From: Pseudidiomarina andamanensis
Lineage (GTDB): Bacteria > Pseudomonadota > Gammaproteobacteria > Enterobacterales > Alteromonadaceae
Direction of reading: 5' to 3'
Length of the DNA: 32,000 bases
NCBI RefSeq assembly: GCF_009734345.1
Contig: NZ_CP032551.1
Span: 1,350,001-1,382,000, forward strand
Shown: in pieces, positions 28,124 through 32,000 of the stretch
How positions within the stretch are numbered: position 1 is the first letter of the stretch
How the letters are laid out: each line of letters opens with the position of its first letter
Notes under the pieces: model-generated
Seen by the model: the letters and a program-made list of their open reading frames with translations, nothing else
The model's database searches: none
What the model was told of the DNA's origin: nothing
Position numbers and translations under genes: made by a program

Positions 28124-30132
28124 GCGCTTAATAGTTCCTTCGCTGCCGCAACAACGTTCTCAGTTGTGAAACCAAAATGCTTGAACAAGTCGCCGGCTGG
28201 TGCTGATTCGCCAAAGCTTGTCATACCGATAATACGACCATTCAAGCCGACATATTTGTACCAGTAATCGGCAATACCCGCTTCAACCGCTATCCGCTTC
28301 ACAACAGAACTTGGTAACACTTGTTCACGATAGTTAGCATCTTGCTGCTCAAACACATCCGTTGCCGGCATTGAAACAACACGTACCTGATGCCCTGATG
28401 CTTGCAACGTTTTCGCTGCGCTTACGGCGAGTGCAACTTCAGAACCTGTGGCAATCAGAATCAACTCAGGCGTGTGTTCACAATCAAATAAAACATAACC
28501 GCCACGCTCGATATTGTTAAGCTGGTCTTTATCACGCTGCTGTTGAGCCAAATTCTGACGGCTGAAAATCAACGACGTCGGCCCATTCTTGCGCATTAAT
28601 GCGTACTTCCAAGCAACTGCTGACTCAACTTGGTCACATGGGCGCCACGTGCTCATGTTTGGTGTCATACGTAAGCTTGCAATTTGCTCCACCGGTTGAT
28701 GGGTTGGCCCGTCTTCACCAAGACCTATTGAATCGTGGGTATACACGAAAATACTTTGTTGTTTCATCAGTGCGGCCATGCGGACAGCGTTGCGCGCATA
28801 TTCCATGAACATCAAAAAGGTTGCGCCATATGGCGTAAAACCGCCATGCAGTGCGATACCGTTCATAATCGCCGACATTCCAAATTCACGCACGCCATAG
28901 AACACGTAATTACCGCTAGCGTCGTCTTTGCTAATACCTTTTGAGCCGTTCCATAAGGTTAAGTTTGAGCCAGCTAAGTCAGCAGAACCACCAAGCAGCT
29001 CAGGCAATAGTGGACCATAGGTATTCAATGCATTCTGTGATGCTTTACGGCTCGCAATATCCGCTGGTTCGGCTTGCAATTTCGCAATATAAGCATCGGC
29101 TTGTGCAACAAAATCACTTGGTAGATCACCTACTAAGCGACGTTTTAATTCAGCCGCTAACTCAGGATATTCACTTGCATAGGCGTTAAAGCGTTGTTGC
29201 CATTCAGCTTCTGCTGAAGCGCCCGCCTCTTTCGCTGACCATGCTTCGTAAACATCTGCCGGAATTTCAAATAGCCCGTGTTGCCAGCCTAATTGTTTAC
29301 GCGCTGCCGCAATTTCATCCGCACCCAATGGCGCGCCATGACAGCTTTCTGTGCCTTGCTTGTTCGGCGCACCAAAGCCAATAATAGTTTTACAGATAAT
29401 CAGCGTTGGCTTGCTGGTTTCGGCACGAGCGGCTTCAACGGCGGCTTTCACTGCCGAGGCGTCATGCCCATCAACATCAGCAATGACATGCCAGTTATAA
29501 GCTTCAAAGCGTTTCACCGTATCATCGGTAAACCAACCTTCAACCTCACCGTCAATTGAAATGCCGTTATCGTCATAAAATGCGATTAATTTTCCAAGGC
29601 CTAACGTTCCAGCTAGCGAACATGCTTCATGAGAAATACCTTCCATCAAGCAGCCGTCGCCAAGAAACGTATAGGTGTAGTGATCAATGACGTCGTGACC
29701 TGGACGATTAAATTGTGCCGCTAAGGTTTTTTCGGCAAGCGCCATACCAACCGCGTTAGTCACACCTTGTCCGAGTGGGCCCGTTGTGGTTTCAATACCT
29801 GGCGCATAACCATACTCAGGGTGACCTGGTGTTTTTGAGTGCAATTGACGGAAATTTTTTAATTCATCAAGACTAAGTTCATAGCCCGTGAGGTGTAAAA
29901 GTGAATAAATTAACATCGAGCCGTGACCATTTGATAAAACAAACCGGTCACGGTCGGCCCAATTCGGGTTGGCAGGGTTATGTTTTAAGAAGTCACGCCA
30001 CAGCACTTCGGCGATATCCGCCATGCCCATAGGCGCGCCCGGATGCCCAGAATTCGCTTGCTGCACGGCATCCATGCTTAACGCACGAATAGCATTGGCT
30101 AGGTATTTTCGCTCAGTTACTGCTGTTGTCAT
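28114..30132 (-). CDS. tkt: transketolase
   Basis: [34 protein letters not shown], and [15 protein letters not shown]. Confidence 0.97.
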   Translation of the reverse strand: MTTAVTERKYLANAIRALSMDAVQQANSGHPGAPMGMADIAEVLWRDFLKHNPANPNWADRDRFVLSNGHGSMLIYSLLHLTGYELSLDELKNFRQLHSKTPGHPEYGYAPGIETTTGPLGQGVTNAVGMALAEKTLAAQFNRPGHDVIDHYTYTFLGDGCLMEGISHEACSLAGTLGLGKLIAFYDDNGISIDGEVEGWFTDDTVKRFEAYNWHVIADVDGHDASAVKAAVEAARAETSKPTLIICKTIIGFGAPNKQGTESCHGAPLGADEIAAARKQLGWQHGLFEIPADVYEAWSAKEAGASAEAEWQQRFNAYASEYPELAAELKRRLVGDLPSDFVAQADAYIAKLQAEPADIASRKASQNALNTYGPLLPELLGGSADLAGSNLTLWNGSKGISKDDASGNYVFYGVREFGMSAIMNGIALHGGFTPYGATFLMFMEYARNAVRMAALMKQQSIFVYTHDSIGLGEDGPTHQPVEQIASLRMTPNMSTWRPCDQVESAVAWKYALMRKNGPTSLIFSRQNLAQQQRDKDQLNNIERGGYVLFDCEHTPELILIATGSEVALAVSAAKTLQASGHQVRVVSMPATDVFEQQDANYREQVLPSSVVKRIAVEAGIADYWYKYVGLNGRIIGMTSFGESAPAGDLFKHFGFTTENVVAAAKELLSAWV

Positions 30133-30211
30133 AACAAACCCCGAATTTTAGCGTAAGGAAAAATGCACAAATGGTGCGCGTATTCTCCACAATTCGGGGC
30201 TTTGACGCAAA

Positions 30212-31360
30212 TTAGATATCAGCTCGGAGCGCTTCAACCTTATCCGTTTTTTCCCACGGGAACTCATCACGACCGAAGTGGCCATAAGCCGCGGTTGGCT
30301 GATAAATTGGGCGTTCGAGGTCGAGCATTTGAATTAAACCGTATGGGCGCAGGTCAAAATGCTTACGTACTAAAGCAATCAATTTTTCTTCGCTGTGCGC
30401 ACTGGTTCCGAACGTTTCAATGCTAATTGAGGTCGGCTCTGCAACACCAATGGCATACGATACTTGAATTTCAAGGCGTTCAGCTAAACCTGCTGCGACT
30501 AAATTTTTCGCCACATAACGTGCAGCATAAGCGGCACTGCGATCCACTTTTGACGGATCTTTACCAGAGAATGCACCACCACCATGACGTGCCATACCAC
30601 CGTACGTATCAACGATAATTTTACGACCGGTTAAACCACAATCGCCCATTGGCCCGCCGATGACAAACTTGCCAGTTGGGTTGATAAAGATACGCTCTTG
30701 GCTTTTCGGGAACCACTCTTCAGGTAATACTGGTTTGATAATCGTTTCAATCACCGCTTCGCGGAGATCCTTTTGGCTGATATCTTGATGATGTTGCGTA
30801 GATAACACGACCGCATCGATTCCCACCGGACGGCCATCTTCATAAATAAAGGTTAACTGAGATTTCGCATCAGGGCGCAACCACGGCAATGTCCCATTTT
30901 TGCGAACTTCTGCTTGGCGCTGCACTAAACGATGTGCGTAAGTGATTGGTGCTGGCATCAGCACGTCTGTTTCATTCGAGGCATAGCCAAACATCAAACC
31001 TTGGTCGCCAGCACCTTGCTCTTCTAACGAGCCACGATCAACCCCTTGGTTAATATCTGGTGATTGCTTACCAATGGCATTGAGTACCGCACACGAGTCC
31101 GCATCAAAGCCCATGTCCGAGTGCACATAGCCAATGTCCCGAACCGTGTTACGCGTGATTTCTTCAATATCGACCCAAGCGTTGGTATTGATTTCACCAC
31201 CAACAAGTACCATGCCAGTTTTCACATAGGTCTCACAGGCAACACGTGCGCGTGGGTCTTGGGTAAGTATCGCATCAAGTACCGCGTCAGAAATTTGGTC
31301 GGCAATTTTGTCTGGATGACCCTCTGATACTGATTCAGAAGTGAATAAATGCTGTGCCAT
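30212..31360 (-). CDS. metK: S-adenosylmethionine synthetase
   Basis: [18 protein letters not shown] matches the E. coli MetK N-terminus. GAGDQG and GGGAFSGKD also present. The ATG at 31360 is preferred over the upstream TTG at 31369. Confidence 0.97.
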   Translation of the reverse strand: MAQHLFTSESVSEGHPDKIADQISDAVLDAILTQDPRARVACETYVKTGMVLVGGEINTNAWVDIEEITRNTVRDIGYVHSDMGFDADSCAVLNAIGKQSPDINQGVDRGSLEEQGAGDQGLMFGYASNETDVLMPAPITYAHRLVQRQAEVRKNGTLPWLRPDAKSQLTFIYEDGRPVGIDAVVLSTQHHQDISQKDLREAVIETIIKPVLPEEWFPKSQERIFINPTGKFVIGGPMGDCGLTGRKIIVDTYGGMARHGGGAFSGKDPSKVDRSAAYAARYVAKNLVAAGLAERLEIQVSYAIGVAEPTSISIETFGTSAHSEEKLIALVRKHFDLRPYGLIQMLDLERPIYQPTAAYGHFGRDEFPWEKTDKVEALRADI

Positions 31361-31390
31361 GCTTTGCAATCTCTAATCAAAGTTGGGAAG

Positions 31391-31427
31391 AAAAAAGTGG
31401 GCGTAGTTTAACTGAACCACGCCCACT
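31391..31427 (-). terminator. rho-independent terminator of the alcohol dehydrogenase gene (bidirectional architecture)
   Basis: AGTGGGCGT (31396-31404) pairs with ACGCCCACT (31419-31427) around a 14-nt loop. On the minus strand it is followed by TTTTTT; on the plus strand by TTTTCT. Confidence 0.65.
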
Positions 31428-31438
31428 TTTCTACATTT

Positions 31439-31454
31439 AGACGTCTAAAAGTCT
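31439..31454. promoter_or_regulatory. MetJ operator (tandem Met boxes) upstream of metK
   Basis: AGACGTCT (31439-31446) is a perfect 8/8 Met box. It is immediately followed by AAAAGTCT (31447-31454, 6/8). metK is a classical MetJ regulon member. Confidence 0.6.
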
Positions 31455-32000
31455 TTATTTCTGTTTTAACGTCGCCATATCAATAACAAAGCGATACTTC
31501 ACGTCGCTTTTGAGCATGCGCTCATACGCTTCGTTAATGTCATCCATAGCAATCATTTCAATGTCTGAGGTGATGCCATGCTCCGCACAGAAATCCAGCA
31601 TTTCTTGGGTTTCTGCAATACCACCAATTAACGAGCCAGCTAAGCTGCGACGTTTGGCGATTAAGTTATAAACTGCCGGTGACGGATGTGATTCTGCCGG
31701 AACACCCACCAATGTCATGGTGCCATTTAGACGCAATAACGTGAGGTAGGCATCCAGATCGTGTGGCGCTGCCACCGTGTTAAGAATGAAGTCTAGGCGA
31801 TTACGCCACGCTTTCATTTGCTCTTCGTCTTTTGAAATCACCACATGATCTGCACCAAGACGTTTGGCATCATCAACTTTGCTTGGTGATGTGGTAAATA
31901 GCACTACTTCAGCTCCCATCGCCTTCGCTATTTTCACCGCCATATGGCCAAGCCCACCTAAGCCAACCACACCAACTTTATGGCCTTCACGCACACCCCA
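31455..32000 (-). CDS. zinc-type NAD(P)-dependent alcohol dehydrogenase / aldehyde reductase (YahK-like), 3' part; 5' end lies beyond the window
   Basis: VGVVGLGGLGHMAVK (Rossmann GxGxxG), FILNTVAAPH, TLVG.P, IGGI.ETQEMLDFCAEHGI and INEAYERML..DVKYRFVID closely follow E. coli YahK as I recall it. The ORF is still open at position 32000. Confidence 0.85.
   Translation of the reverse strand, partial: WGVREGHKVGVVGLGGLGHMAVKIAKAMGAEVVLFTTSPSKVDDAKRLGADHVVISKDEEQMKAWRNRLDFILNTVAAPHDLDAYLTLLRLNGTMTLVGVPAESHPSPAVYNLIAKRRSLAGSLIGGIAETQEMLDFCAEHGITSDIEMIAMDDINEAYERMLKSDVKYRFVIDMATLKQK

Overview
No tools or database searches were used. Family calls rest on motifs I can read in the ORF translations and on recalled E. 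coli sequences.

The window is a mostly housekeeping chromosomal segment of a gammaproteobacterium. Gene content and synteny look Alteromonadales- or Vibrionales-like, but the species cannot be identified from sequence alone.

Gene content, left to right:
- cfa, an AI-2E (PerM-like) transporter and a DUF962-like membrane protein.
- A short decayed locus at 2.9-3.8 kb: a promoter overlapped by a Fur box, a 34-codon ORF, an outer-membrane barrel tail and a cytochrome c remnant.
- Uncharacterised envelope or stress genes: a DUF3750-like lipoprotein, a DUF1707/LiaF-like protein and a 70-aa lipoprotein.
- An OsmC-YcaO fusion protein.
- Two secreted peptidases (S10 and S8).
- tRNA-Ile2(CAU) and an amidohydrolase.
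- The macromolecular-synthesis operon rpsU-dnaG-(small lipoprotein)-rpoD.
- marC, tgt-queA, DUF47-pit, terC and a DUF481 outer-membrane protein.
- The metK-tkt-epd-pgk-fba cluster.
- The 3' part of a YahK-like alcohol dehydrogenase, which runs off the window end.

I found no CRISPR array, IS element, integrase, prophage, toxin-antitoxin pair or recognisable defence system. I cannot support a claim of a new multi-gene system here.

The observations most worth a second look:
1. A Fur-box promoter driving a tiny hydrophobic ORF, next to two genes truncated 5'-to-5'.
2. The OsmC-YcaO fusion.
3. A 75-nt three-helix element between the rpsU and marC promoters.
4. A perfect MetJ box upstream of metK, nested with a terminator and a possible promoter.
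5. Tandem terminator hairpins between pit and queA, which could define a small RNA.
6. A lipoprotein gene inserted between dnaG and rpoD.
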